A stretch of 64,000 nt of DNA, from the NCBI RefSeq assembly GCF_009914755.1, contig NC_060937.1; one strand, written 5' to 3'. This document shows, one piece after another, positions 18,401 to 33,042 of the stretch. Under the pieces are notes generated by a model, which searched no databases, was not told the origin of the DNA, and worked only from the letters and a program-made list of their open reading frames with translations. The number at the start of each line of letters is the position of its first letter. Within the stretch, counting starts at the first letter, position 1. The DNA comes from the human T2T-CHM13v2.0 reference genome, Homo sapiens. Position numbers and translations under genes: made by a program.

Positions 18401-21400
18401 GTCAACAAGGAAACAATGGATTTAAACTATATCTTGGAACAAATGGACTTAGCAGTTATATACAGAACATTTCATCCAACAACCACAGAATACGCATTCT
18501 GTTCAATAGTGCATGGAACTTTCTCCAAGACAGATCATGTGATAGGCCATAAAACAAGCCTCAATAAATTTAAGAAAATTGAAATTATATCAAGTACTCT
18601 CTCAGACAACAGTAGAATAAAATTGGAAATCAACTCCAAAAGGAACCTTCAAAACCATGCAAATACAAGGAAATTAAATAACTTGCTCCTGAATGAACAT
18701 TGGGTCAAAAATGAAATCAACATAGAAATTAAAAAATTATTGGCCAGGCATGGTGGCTCATTCCTGTAATCCCAGCACTTTGGGAGGCTGAGGCGGGTGG
18801 ATCATGAGGTCAAGAGATCGAGATCATCCTGGCCAACATGGTGAAACCCCATCTCTACTAAAAATACAAAAATTAGCTGGGTGTGGTGGCACATGCCTGT
18901 AATCCCAGCTACTCGGAAGGCCGAGGCAGGAGAATCACTTGAATGCTTGAACCCAGGAGACAGAGGTTGCAATGAGCCGAGATCGCGCCACTGCACACCA
19001 GCCTGGCGACAGAGCGAGACTCCATCAAAAAAAAAAAAAAAAAAAAGTTCCTCAAACTGAATGACAGTAATGACAAAACCTGCTAAAGCCTCTGGGATAC
19101 AGCAAAGGCGGTGCTAAGAAGAAAGTTCATAGCCCTAAACACCTATATCAAAAAGACTGAAAGAGCACAAACTGACGTTTTAAGGTCGCACCTCAAGGAA
19201 CTAGAGAAACAAGAACAAACCAAAACCAAACCCAGTAGAAGAAAGGAGATAACCAAGATCAGAGCAGAATTAAAGGAAACTGAAATAAAAAAATATGAAA
19301 GATAAATTAAACAAAAGCTGGTTCTTTGAAAAGATAAATAAAATTGATAGACCATTAGCAAGATCAACCAAGAAAAGAAGAGAGAAAATCCAAATAACCT
19401 CACTCAGAAGCAAAACAGGAGATATTACAGCTCACACCACTGAGATACAAAAGATCATTCAAGGCTACTATGATTACCTTTACACACATAAACTAGAAAC
19501 CTAGAAGAGATGGATAAATTCCTGGAAAAATACAACCCTCCTACCTTAAATCAGGAAGAATTAGATACACTGCACAAAACAATAACAAGCAGCAAGATTT
19601 AAATGGTAATTTAAACATTACCAATAAAAAAAATGTCCAGGGCCAGATGGATTCACAGCAGAATTCTACCAGCCATTCAAAGAATTGGTACAATTCTTTT
19701 GACACTATTCCATAAAACAGAGAAAAAAGGAACCCTCCCTAATTCATTCTATGAAGCCACTGTTACCCTAATATCAAAACCAGGGAAGGACATAAACAAA
19801 AAAGAAAACTACAGATGAATATCCTTGATGAACATAGATGGTAAAATCCTTAACAAAATACTAGCTAACTGAATCCAACAACAATCAAAAAGATAATCCA
19901 CCATGATCAAGTGGGTTTCATACCAGGGATGCAGGGATGGTTTAACATATGCAAGTCAATAAATGTGATACATCACATAAACAGAATTAAAACCAAAAAT
20001 ACATGATCATCTTAATAGATGTAGAAAAAGCATTCAACAAAATGCAGCATCCCTTTATGCTTAAAACTCTCAGCAAAATCGTCATACAAGGGACATACCT
20101 TAATGCAATAAAAGCCGTCTATGACAAACCCACAGCCAACATAATACTGAATGGGGAAAAGTTGAAAGCATTCTCTCTGAGAAATGAAACAAAACAAGGA
20201 TGCCCACTCTTACCACTCCTCTTCAACATAGTACTGGAAGTCCTAGCCAGATCAATCAGACAAGAGAAAGAAATAAAGGACATCCAAATCTGTAAAGAGG
20301 AAGTCAAACTGTCCCTGTTTGCAGGCAATAGGATCGTTTACCTTGAAAACCCCAAAGACTCCTCCAGAAAGCCCCTAGAACTGATAAAAGAATTCAGCAA
20401 AGTTTCTGGATATAAGATTAATGTACACAAGTAAGTAGCTCTTTTATACACCAACAGCGACCAAGTGGTGAATCAAATCAAGAACTCAACCCCTTTTGCA
20501 ATAGCTGAAAACAAAACAAAACAAAACAAAAAACTTAGGAATATACCTAACAAAAAAGTTGAAAGAACTCTGCAAAGAAAACTACAAAACGCTGCTGAAA
20601 GAAATCATAGAGGACACGAACAAATGGAAACACATCCCATGCTCATGGATGGGTAGAATCAATACTGTTGAAAATGACCATACTGCCAATAGCAATGTAC
20701 AAATTCAATGCAATCCCCATCAAAATACCACCATCATTCTTCATAGAATTAGAAAACAAAATTCTAAAATTCATATGGAACCAAAAAAGAACCCACATAG
20801 CTAAAGCAAGACTAAGCAAAAAGAACAAACCTTGAGGCATCACACTACCTGATTTCAAACTATATTGTAAGGCCATAGTCAGCAAAACAACATGATACTG
20901 GTACAAAAATAGGCATGTAGACCAATGGAACAGAATAGAGAACCCAGAAATAAGCCCAAATACTTATAGCCAACTGATCTTTGGCAAAGCAAACAAAACA
21001 AAATGGGGAAAGGACACCCTTTTCAACAAATGGTGCTGGGATAATTGGCAAGCCACATGTAGGAGAATGAAACTGGATCCTCATCTTTCACTTTATACAA
21101 TAATCAACACAAGATGGATTAAGGACTTAAACCTAAGACCTGAAATTATAGAAATTATAAAAATTCTAGAAGATGCCATTGAAAAAACCCTTTTAGACAT
21201 TGACATAGGCAAGGATTTCATGACCAAGAACCCAAAAGCAAATGCAATAAAAACAAAGATAAATGGCTGGGACCTAATTAAACTAAAGAGCTTTTGCATG
21301 GCAAGAGGAATAGTCAGCAGAGTAAACAGACAACCTACCGAGTGGGAGAAAATCTTCACAATCTATACATCTGACAAAGGACTAATATCCAGAATCTACA

Positions 21401-22311
21401 ACAAACTCAAACAGATGATTAAGAAAAAAAAAAAAACAAAACAATCTCATCAAAAAGTGGGCTAAGGACACGAATAGACAATTCTTAAAAGAAGATATAC
21501 AAATGGCCAACAAACATATGTAAAAAATGCTCAACCTTACTAATGATCAGGGAAATGCAAATCAAAACCACAATGCGATACTACCTCACTCCTGCAAGAA
21601 TGGCCATAATCAGAAAATAAAAAAACAGTAGATATTGGCATGGATGCGGTGATCAGGGAACACTTTTACACTGTTGGTGGGAAAGTAAACTAGTACAGCT
21701 GCTATGGAAAAGAGTGTGGAGATTCCTAAAAGTAAGGCTATCACTTGATCCAGCAATCCCACTACTGGGTATCTACCCAGAGGAAAAGAAGTCATTATTC
21801 GAAAAAGATACTTACTCACGCATGTTTATAGCAACAAAATTCACAATTGCAAAATCATGGAACCAACCCAAATGCCCACCAATCAACGAGTGGATAAAGA
21901 AACTGTGGCGTATATATATATACACGATGGAATACTACACTACACAGGCATAAAAAGGAATGAATTAACGCATTTTCAGTGACCTGAATGAGATTGCAGA
22001 CTATTGTTCTAAGTGAAGTAACTCAGGAATGGAAAACCAAACATCGTGTATTCTCACTGATATGTGGGAGGTAAGCTATGAGGACGCAAAGGCATAAGAA
22101 TGACACAATGGACTTTGGGGATTTGTGGGGAAGAGTGGGAGGAGAACGAGGGATAAAAGACTATAAATATGGTGCAGTATATACTGCTCGGGTGATGGGT
22201 GCATCAAAATCTCACAAATCACCACTAAACAGCTTACTGGTGTAACCAAATACCACCTGTACCCCAATAACTTACGGAAAAACAAAAAAGAAAAAGAAAA
22301 AGAAAAAGAAA
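15431..22311 (+). mobile_element. Full-length decayed L1 (L1PB1-like)
   Basis: TSD aaaaatgacaggcc at 15417-15430 and 22312-22325. Contains a 5'UTR, ORF1 remnant from about 16815, ORF2 remnant from about 17928 (ILTLNVNGLN endonuclease start, QGCPL RT motif), 3'UTR and A-rich tail. Many stops and frameshifts. Confidence 0.92.
18742..19046 (+). mobile_element. Alu (AluSc-like) inserted in L1 ORF2
   Basis: Dimeric Alu interrupting the ORF2 reading frame. Confidence 0.93.
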
Positions 22312-23485
22312 AAAAATGACAGGCCTAAGGAAGTCCACACAGGGGACAAGAGTAGTCTGCCGGGGAGGACGGTTGGTGTGATCATGGCTCACTGTACCCT
22401 CGGCCTCTTGAGTATCTGGGACTACAGGCATGCGTCACTGGCACTGAGCTGTTTTCCTGGGTCATAACAAGTGGTCCTCCAGAAGTTTCTGTTTCCTTTC
22501 TGAAGTTCCCAGCAGTAGAATCATCCTAAATTACATTATGAATTCAGATCCAGTCTTCTACTTAACAGTTCACAGGTGGTGATCTGAGAAGGGTGATTTG
22601 AAGTGGTGCAAAGATTCTTCTACCCCGTACTCTGCAAACAACCTGCCACGATGCTTTCCCTGTAGGATTTGCTCTTCAAAGTCTCTGTCAAGACATACAC
22701 TTGTTACCTAAAAGACGTGCTCTGTACTCATTACCACTCACTACTTACAGGTAGTTAGACACAGACTTTAGAAATCCACTCATTCCACAAATCCTTGCTG
22801 GTCCCTGTCTTCCAGGTTCCAGGGAGACAACCAACAACTAAACAGCCCAGGTCCCTGCCCTCGGGGAGCTTGCCTTGTAGCGTGGGACAGAGCACAGACA
22901 AATGAGGATTCAGGTAGTCATCATCCCTATAAAGAAAAATACAGCCATTTAGAAAGTCAGGTTCTTGAAGCCCAGAAGGTGTAGAGATACCCTGACCTCC
23001 CTGAGGAAGCAACTGAGACTAAGTCCAGGTTTTCTGACTGGATTTAAGTCCAGCTGTGTGACCTTAGCTATATGGGTGCTTTTCTAGGTTTCAGTGTCCT
23101 CATCAAACAAAGCAACTGGGTTATGTGGGGTTTTAGCAGTTTTTAGAGTAGGCAGGGAAAGTTGCAGCATGCGTTGTGTGCACAGGAGGCTCAGAGGGCC
23201 CCACACAGTGGCCGAATGGTCAGTGTGTGGATGCTGATGTCAGCCTGGGCTCCAGATGCATTCGCTGGGCAAGGTGCTTCTTCTCTGCCTCTGGGCTCCC
23301 CAGCTGTAGCATGGGTGATCATCCCCACCTCCGAGGTTGCTGGGAATGCTAAATGAGAGAACTTCAAAAGCACAGGGCTAGCGGTTACAATAATTTCCCA
23401 CCCAAGTCCTGGGGCATTCTGGAGAGCAGACCTGCCCTGTGGCAGTGTCCTTTGGAAGTGTTAGTTGCTGGATTATGAGCACTAA

Positions 23486-24058
<573 letters not shown>

Positions 24059-24324
24059 TATGAGCACTAACTTTGCTTTCTAACGCTTACTGCCTGCTCA
24101 TAATTCTTTCCCTGCAAAGGGAGGTAGGGTGCAAGGGAAGGCTAAGGTCTGCAGAGGCATCTGCTGGCCCTCTATGTACATCAGCTCACTGTCGTACCTA
24201 CCACTAGAGCATCTGCAGATCCAAAGAGGATCCCGGGAGGTCTCTTTCCTTGCCACCAACATACAGCATGTTGCACAATGGGACTACGGTTTTGTTTTTT
24301 TTTTAATTATTATTTACTATTGAC

Positions 24325-24592
<268 letters not shown>

Positions 24593-26068
24593 TAAATGCC
24601 TCTTTTGCGACACGGTGGTATTTCTTATAGCCCTGGCCTCCTTCAGGGCATCTGCTATTTTTAACAGCAACAAACCATTATGAATTCTCATTGTTCGCTG
24701 ATTCTTTAATAACAGAATAGTAAGCACATTATTTTTGTCTTATACAAAAATAAGAGGGAGGTATGTATGTCTTCTAGCTCCAAGAATGTGTCTCGAAATC
24801 ACTCCGGAGCCACAGCAATGAGTGACAGAGAAGAGAAGAGCTGCACAGAGCCACTTTCCTCCCCACTGGGAGCCTCCTGATTATGCTGGGCTGGGGATCC
24901 CAGCCAGGGCTGCCCACTGGCCAGCAGGGCATAGAGACTACCCCAGGTCCTCCCTGGCAAACTGCTTCCTGGAGGGCCCTGGCCAGTCTCTCAGCAGGAC
25001 ACCCCTTGAAGACCGCATCCCTCGTAGTAACTCACCCTGTTGCCCACTTTCCAAATGCAAGAACATGGAAGACAAGCAGATGTCTTTATACCAGACATTG
25101 TCAGGTTCCAATGCCTAGAAATAGGTCTTTCTGAGTAAGAATCTAGAAGAAGCAATCATCAAAATATTACAAGGTTTCAAAGGCAGTTATTAGAGCAATC
25201 CCTCAATATCAAAAAACTCTATAAAATGCATAACAACAGCTGGACATAAGATGCATAGGGGAATAGGAAAAATGCAATGGTAGGGCAATGAAAAGAAGGG
25301 AAAAAGAAGAGTTTGGAGGAAGAAAGTGCCCAGAGTGAAAAATGTACTTAAATAATATCTGCAGACCTAAAAACAAGCCTTTTTAAAGTTCCCCTTAGAT
25401 TGGGGAAGAATTTAACTTGCTGCCTTCTTTTCTAGGTTGGATGCCACACCTGCGGTTCACTTCTCTAAGGATCCATACCTTCTTTATGGGGAGATGTTGC
25501 TTAAAGTGTGTTATCTTCTGCTACACATATTGGAATCCATTTTTACTTGAAATTTTTGGAAATGCTAATGCTAGTTGTCAGCATATCTTTATGCTTATTG
25601 TTTTATTTATATCATAGTTTGGTCCAGAAAGAATTTTAGATGGCATATATAAATACATAAAATCCAATAGCAAAAGAAGAGAATTGAAAATAGGCAGATG
25701 AAGAAAATAAGACAGAGGGGAAATGAAAATAGAAAAGATTGGCAGGCATTCCTATATTTACATCTATGTAAATTCATATGTATCAGTTTATATCAAGAAA
25801 CTTTTAGTACTAACTCTGAAAGTGACATACACAAATCATGCAAAAATTAATATTTAGCACATTTAAAATGAAAAGACATAGTATAGTTTGTAAAAAAAGT
25901 ATACTGTGTTTAAGGGAGAAGGATGGTGTTGTGATGAGGCAGGGAGGCCTTGAAGTTTCTGGGGCTGCAAACAATTATAATTATTTTTTATAGTGTATAT
26001 ATTTGTTTGTGTACTTTTTAGACATTTATCATGCTTAGTTTACTATGATTGAAGAAAAAAGCAATCTA

Positions 26069-26404
26069 TTGTTAAAAACTTTAAGGAAAATAAATTTAAC
26101 AGACTTGGAGTAAAGCCTGATGCATGAATCAGGCAGCACTCCAGACCAGAGGAGGTTCTAACAGCTCCACTGCAGCAGCACATGCAGTGAACTTTTGTAG
26201 CTCATGCAGATAGAAGACAAAGAAAATGTATTTGATTGGTTAGAATGGAAATGCGAGGTTAGTTGGTGGCTTCTGATTGGCTAAGCCTCTACATTCATTT
26301 TACTGTTTATGTTGGTACCATTTATGCTGGGGGTTGCTTCCATAGGAATTTAAAGGGCTAGAGCTGCTCCAGCCTAATGGCCTCCCAGTTAAAAAAATTT
26401 TAAC
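26069..26404 (-). mobile_element. ERV LTR (LTR47-like)
   Basis: Reverse strand begins gttaaaa...ctgggaggccattaggctggagcagctctagc; two CCAAT boxes. Confidence 0.55.
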
Positions 26405-26440
26405 CCCATATTGGTGGTGTATGGTTCTGTTTTCCCTTAG

Positions 26441-27106
26441 TGAGACAGTATAGGGAAGAGACTCAGTCCTGGCAGACAAGAGACACGGTGATTAGGCTCC
26501 CACTAGGCCTCACACATCCAGGTATCTTTCTTCCTGTACCTTCTTGCCTCCTTTAATAAGCTGACCCAAATCACAGAGCAGAAACTCAGCTGATCGGGCT
26601 GAATTCCTAAGCGTAAAAGGAAGAACTTTGCCATTTATGTCCCTGAGGAATATCTGCCAAGGTTGTGGAAGCAAGACTCTGACCTTCCTAATAAGAACCT
26701 GGCAAGATCCAGCTGGCCACAAGGTGGACTCCAGTGCTGACCTTTCACTGACTTTTGCCTCATTATAATTTCATGGTAATACTAAAATCTCCACCCAAAG
26801 AAAGGCTTATCTGCCATTTTCTCTACATGGAACACAGGTTAGGGCATGACGCCCCACTATGCAGCTGCAGAGGAAACCCCGCCTAAACATGCGTGGGTAC
26901 CACTCCCTTTGCCCACCTCAACTTCCTTAAAATGACAAGCGCCAAGCCCCTTGGCGAGATAGCACCAGGGTCCGTTTCCTGTACACGACTCCCCTGTGCT
27001 TGAGCCACAAGCCTAACCCTTGCCTGAGAAAAATTCCCATTTTGCCTGGTGGTAATCTCTACTTATGCAAAAAGCCAAAGACCTTGAGGTCCAGGGTACA
27101 GTAACC
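26441..27106 (+). mobile_element. Solo ERV LTR, family uncertain
   Basis: TG start, LTR-like core (aatactaaaatctccaccc), flanked by ttag/ttag. Confidence 0.55.
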
Positions 27107-28085
27107 TTAGTGCTCTAATCATGTCTGAAGAGTTAGTAAAGTTATTTGAGAGGTAGAATTAAACAAGTGTCTACATTCCCTCTGGTTGCATGTCATTCAG
27201 CACTCCACCCTCTGTCAGTGCAATCTATGCTTGGTGGCCAACTTGTTGGCCAGCCTCTCTGCATCCTCTGTCCATTCCTGTGTGTGACTTTCTTGTGTGT
27301 TTCCTGGGTCCTTGTTTCTCCCATCTCTGCTCAGGACTCACTTTGGGTGTGCACTGAGAAACATTTCCGATATTAGCCATAAATTTGCCTGAGATGGCAT
27401 TTTGGTAGCACTTCTCAATTTGACCTGGACCTTCACACACAGAGTTAGGAAGAGGCTGACATGGAAGAAGAGGTGAGGGTGGGGAAGACTGGCGGCCCCA
27501 CGAATCAGGAGTGCCTGGGTCTCCAGAAAAGGCGACTGAGCATTCAGTCACACGCAAAGGTGTCAGCTACTTCTCAAGTAAATAGCTCACACAGGCTGGC
27601 GGAACACAGATGGTGCCTTGTACCAACACGCAGCACATGTAGTAAAATCTGTGTTCACTGGTCTGGATATTCAAGAATCTCGTGGATGCTCCACTTGATT
27701 AGATATTGCTATCCATCAGATTTAACTCAACATCACCCTAGCCAACTCATTTCTCAGCTTCTGTGTTCATTTATGGTCAACTAATTTGGTTAACAATTTC
27801 TTCTGCCTTTGAAATACACAGAAATGCATTGTGTTCCCATCCTGAGTCCCAAGCTAATACACTCCAAAAATATTAGGCTAATTATGTGCGAAATTCTTAA
27901 TTCTAAGCTGTACAGACAAAAATACATACTTCAAAATCTCTCCAAGTTTTCTAATATAATATTGTTTCCATGAATTGCTCTAGTGCCTTATTCCTCCTTG
28001 AATTAAATGAAAGGAAATTGAGGGGTAGTAAGGATTCACTCCCATCTACTGCACTAAATCCTTCTAAGCATCAAACAAGCGTTTC

Positions 28086-28416
<331 letters not shown>

Positions 28417-28854
28417 CTAATTAAAGTTACTTCCTCTCATTTTCATTGTGGGCCCCAGAGAAACAGATGTGTAAACAAAACTGACAATATCTGGCAGTTA
28501 GTAACCATCAATGCCAAACCTGGTCATCCTAACACAGAATCCCATCATGATGTGCTGGTGCACACAAAGCCCATCCTCAATCCACCAGGTAGATGCGGAG
28601 AGTGGAGAAATGATGTTGAAAGTGAGGTGTCCCAGTAAATTCACTCCTTAGTAGGCCCTTAAGTGTTAGATTTTTCCCTAAAGCATTCATTGTGGCCAAT
28701 TGTGCATATAGCTCTGTTGTTATTGAAGAAATGGTAACAAATTGTTATTCCTCATTTTGACTCTTGTTCATTCATTCATTCAGCAACTATTTATCTAGTA
28801 ACTATGTATAAGGCAAGATGCTAGGCTCCTGGGGAATTTAAAAAAAAGAATTGC

Positions 28855-29149
<295 letters not shown>

Positions 29150-30380
29150 GAATTGCCGATGAGGGCATCAACATATAGGGGAAAGATAAAGTATGTGTTA
29201 ATCGAATTCCCGGAAATTAAATTTTGGTTCAACTGTGGTTTCAAAAGACACAACTTTAAGAATACTGTGGCAAATTCTTTTAAAAAGCAAGGAACCCAAT
29301 TGTAATTTTTTTTTTTTTAAAAAGGCAGCCTTTACTTACTTTGTAAATTGGAATTTTGATATAAAGAAAACGGCTTCTAAGGTTGAGAGGTCGCTGAAGA
29401 ATGGTAGATTTCTTTCTGCAATTCACTAGAGGGCGTACGTGGTGAGAAGGGCATTGAAGATGGGGAGAGACTTGGACAAGAAAACAGGAGAGAGTGCATG
29501 AGGGGAAGAAGGAGAATGGGGACCCCCAGAAGAGTGGGAAGAGGTAATAGTACCTGTTTAGGGGATGTCTCTAAATTAAGGCAGAGAAGATGAGATGGCT
29601 TACCGCCCACTGTCATCCTCAAGAAGCTGGTGACATGGTGAAAACTGTGCTCATGTGAGGACTATCATCTTGGCTGCTGTGTGGCTGAAAGTGGTAAAAC
29701 AAGCAAAACTGTGAGTAATCCAGGAATTGGGACCTTAATGCCCTTTTTTTTTTTAACCCCCTCAGTGGCTGAGGTCAAGCAGAGGAAGCGTTTTCAGGCA
29801 GATTCAAAGAATCTTGAGGAGAAAAAAACAAGTGACCTCAGGAGATTGATGTGGAGGAACATGGAGGCCCCCTGAGCCCACCTCAGTTTTCTCTGTGTGG
29901 CTCTTCATGCAACCCTGTTATCTACCTGACTCAGTTAGTTCTCCTGGTGTTATGAAGGCAGCAGCCGGCTGCCAAACACTCCAAAGAGGCAGCCTCTGAG
30001 AAAGCAGCTCCTTCTCTGGTGTAAAATAGCAGATCTTTGCACTGCTAAGAACAGCCCAATTCACCCAGAACTATCTGCTCTTTAATAACAAAAGAAGGAG
30101 GAAAGATTGTTGTTGAAGACTGTCCACATGCCTGACACCATCACCTTGGTTCAGTTTTCTAGATATACATTATCTCAGTGACATCACTGACCTTTTCAAT
30201 TCCTAGATTCCTTCAAATAATCCATTTGGAACCATTATCCGTCAGCTTATTTCAATCTTTTTGAACATCTTCTGTTTTCAACCTGTGCACGTTCTCATGA
30301 ACAATCAGAGGCATCTAATTTAAAATCATTGCATAAACAGTACTTTGGTTTTTGCTTGCCTTGCAAGGATACTAAGGTGT

Positions 30381-30782
30381 TGTAGCAGGACGAGCCATGG
30401 ACAAAACTCCTCAGACACCAGGTTAAAGAAGGAAATGGCTTTATTTGGCTGGGAGAGTTGGCAGACTTGCGTCTCAAGAACCGAGCTCCCTGAAGAAAGA
30501 GTTCCTGGCCCTTTTAAGGGTTCACAACTCTAAGGGGTCTACATGACAGGGTGGTGATAGATTGAGCAGGCATGGGGTACATGACTAGGTGGGGGTAAGC
30601 AAGGCAAGTATTTCTCCATATCATTGTCTGTGATCTATAGATAGCACAAGCGATTAGGGTGGGGGTTAATCTTTACCCTACAGGCCTGACCAGTGGCACT
30701 GATCAGTGTGTTATTCTTCAGTTTTTACTTCCTCCTTTTCTTTGGAGACAGGAGACAGTAAGAGAAATGGCCTCTCTCCTTA
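30381..30782 (-). mobile_element. ERV1 solo LTR (HERV-E LTR2-related group; exact family uncertain)
   Basis: Reverse strand taaggagagaggcc...ctcgtcctgctaca with aataaa; 4-bp TSD gtgt/gcgt. Confidence 0.75.
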
Positions 30783-32043
30783 GCGTCACAGGGCGGAACC
30801 TCATTCCATGCTTTTGCTCATGGCCCTTTGTTCATTCATTTGCTCCATAAGCACTGATTTAGCTTAAACCATACGCTAGGCTCTGTTTCAGGCACAGAAG
30901 AAACAAAACAATGTGCTTTCTGTGCTGGAGGAATTAATGGTGTAATGGTAGAGACAGACTGAGAAAAGTATCTTACAGCTAGAATGCAAGGAAAAGTCTC
31001 TGAGCAAGGGAGATGCCATAGAAACACCAAAGAGAAAAGCCAACTCAAGAATGTGAAATGCTTCAGGATTGTGCTTGTCACTTCCAATTTATAGAATTTT
31101 ATAGATTTTGTAGAACTTCAGAATCCTCCCTTTTAGCATCACCTTTTGAAATTAAACATCACCTTTTTAGCCAGTCCTTTATGGAAGCCTCCTTTGACTC
31201 TTGACTTTTCAAATTTAAGATTTGTTCTATCTTTCTTAGCATTTGACCTGCCCTTAAAATAGTCTTTCAATTGTGGACACAACATTGTAAAAAGATTGTG
31301 CCCTCAGGCTACCTTGCTGTTAGATGTCAATTGTGTAAACAATTTAGCAGCATGCACTCTAGGTCTGGTCATTGTTTCTTTTGAAATTCACTTTAACTAT
31401 AAGCATTGGGAACCTCCCCCTCTGGAAGAGGCCTGTTCTCCTCATGGACTGATCATGTATGTGAGTCTGCATATGTCTGTCTGTTTTTCTCTTTTATTTG
31501 CTGATGCTGAAGTTGCTTAAATTCTTCCATAAATACTAAACTGCCTGTCCAGAATGTGTAATGCAAGGATGTAGTTTTACATTACACACAGCTGAAAGGA
31601 TACGAGTATTTTCAGATAAGAGATTTGAGTGGATATAAAGAATGCCAGCTACAGCACCAGTGAGAAAAATCCCAGGTTCACCTGTAAACATGCAGTCCAG
31701 TGTCAGCAACTAGTTGACTTCAACTTTTGAAAAATGAACACCCACTTTAAACTCTGCAATTCCAGTTCATGGATGCTGAACGTTCCTTGGCCAGCGTGAC
31801 AAGAGGAAGCTCTCAAAAGCTTTCCTTGGAGTACTTTCACAATCACCTGAGACCCTCACTCAGAAAGCATGAAAACGGAAGAGGCTTTCCTGCTGTTCCC
31901 TGTGGGTGTGTCATGAGATTCCCTCTGGAAGTTGGCAAATCAAACGTGAGAAGTTCACCCTCACATCTTGACAGGTACATAACTAGTTAAAAGGCACTTA
32001 TGGCCTGAAGAAACACAAAGCAATAGAAAAATAAAATTAAGTA

Positions 32044-32786
32044 GTATCTTAGTTTGTTCACACTACTTTAACAAAATACCTTAGACTAAATGGCTTATAA
32101 ACAACAGAAATTTATTTCTCATAGTTCTGGAAGCTGGGAAGTCCAAGATTAAGGTGCCAGCAGATTTGGTGTCTGGTGAGGGCTGACTTCCTGATTCAAA
32201 GACGGCACCTTCTAGCTGTGTCTTCACATGGTGGATGATATGGTCTGGCTCCGTCTCCATCCAAATCTCATCTTGAATTGTAGTTCCCACAATCCCCACG
32301 TGTTGTGGGAGGGACCCAATGGGAGGTAATTTAATCATGGGGGTGGTTACCCTCATGCTGTTCTCGTGATAGTGAGTTCTCACGAGATCTGATGGTTTTA
32401 TAAGGGTTTTTCCTCCTTTTGCTTGGCACTTCTCCTTCCGACCACGATGTGAAGAAGGACATGTTTGCTTCTCCTTCTGCCATGATTGTAAGTTTCCTGA
32501 GGCTTCCTCAGCCCTGTGGAACTGCAAGTCAATTAAAGCTCCTTCCTTTATAAATTACCCAGTCTGGGGCAGTTCTTTATAGCAGTGTGAGAACGGACTA
32601 ATACAGTGGAAGAGAAAAAATTCCTCTCTAGTTAGCTACTTATAAGGCCGCTAATCCCATTCATGAGGTCTCCACTTTCATGATCTCATCATCTCCCAAA
32701 GACCCCCTCCCTCCTGATACTGTCACATTGGGGGTTAGGTTTCGACATATACATTGAGGGAGGAAGCAAACATTTAGTCCATAGCA
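32044..32786 (-). mobile_element. MLT1A-type LTR split by THE1
   Basis: gcttataaacaacagaaatttatttctcatagttctgga...catttagtccatagca. Confidence 0.85.
32236..32605 (+). mobile_element. THE1 (MaLR) solo LTR
   Basis: tgatatggtctggct...gaacggactaataca; perfect 5-bp TSD gtgga. Confidence 0.92.
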
Positions 32787-33006
32787 AATACATTGATTTA
32801 TACTATTTAACTAGAAATCTTGATGCTTTTAATCCATTCAACGGCTCATCTCTGGCCTCACAGCCTGTGCACTTGTGGGTTCTCCTGCTGGAACTCTCTC
32901 CGCACAGCTGCCTGGCTCATCTCTTGCTTCCTTCAGGCCACTTCCCCATTGTCACTCAAGTAGGGGGGAACTCTGATTAACCAATGTAAAATAGCAACAC
33001 AGGCTC

Positions 33007-33007
<1 letters not shown>

Positions 33008-33041
<34 letters not shown>
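33008..33041. repeat. (CA)n microsatellite within an L2-like fragment
   Basis: Perfect AC run. Confidence 0.9.
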
Positions 33042-33042
<1 letters not shown>

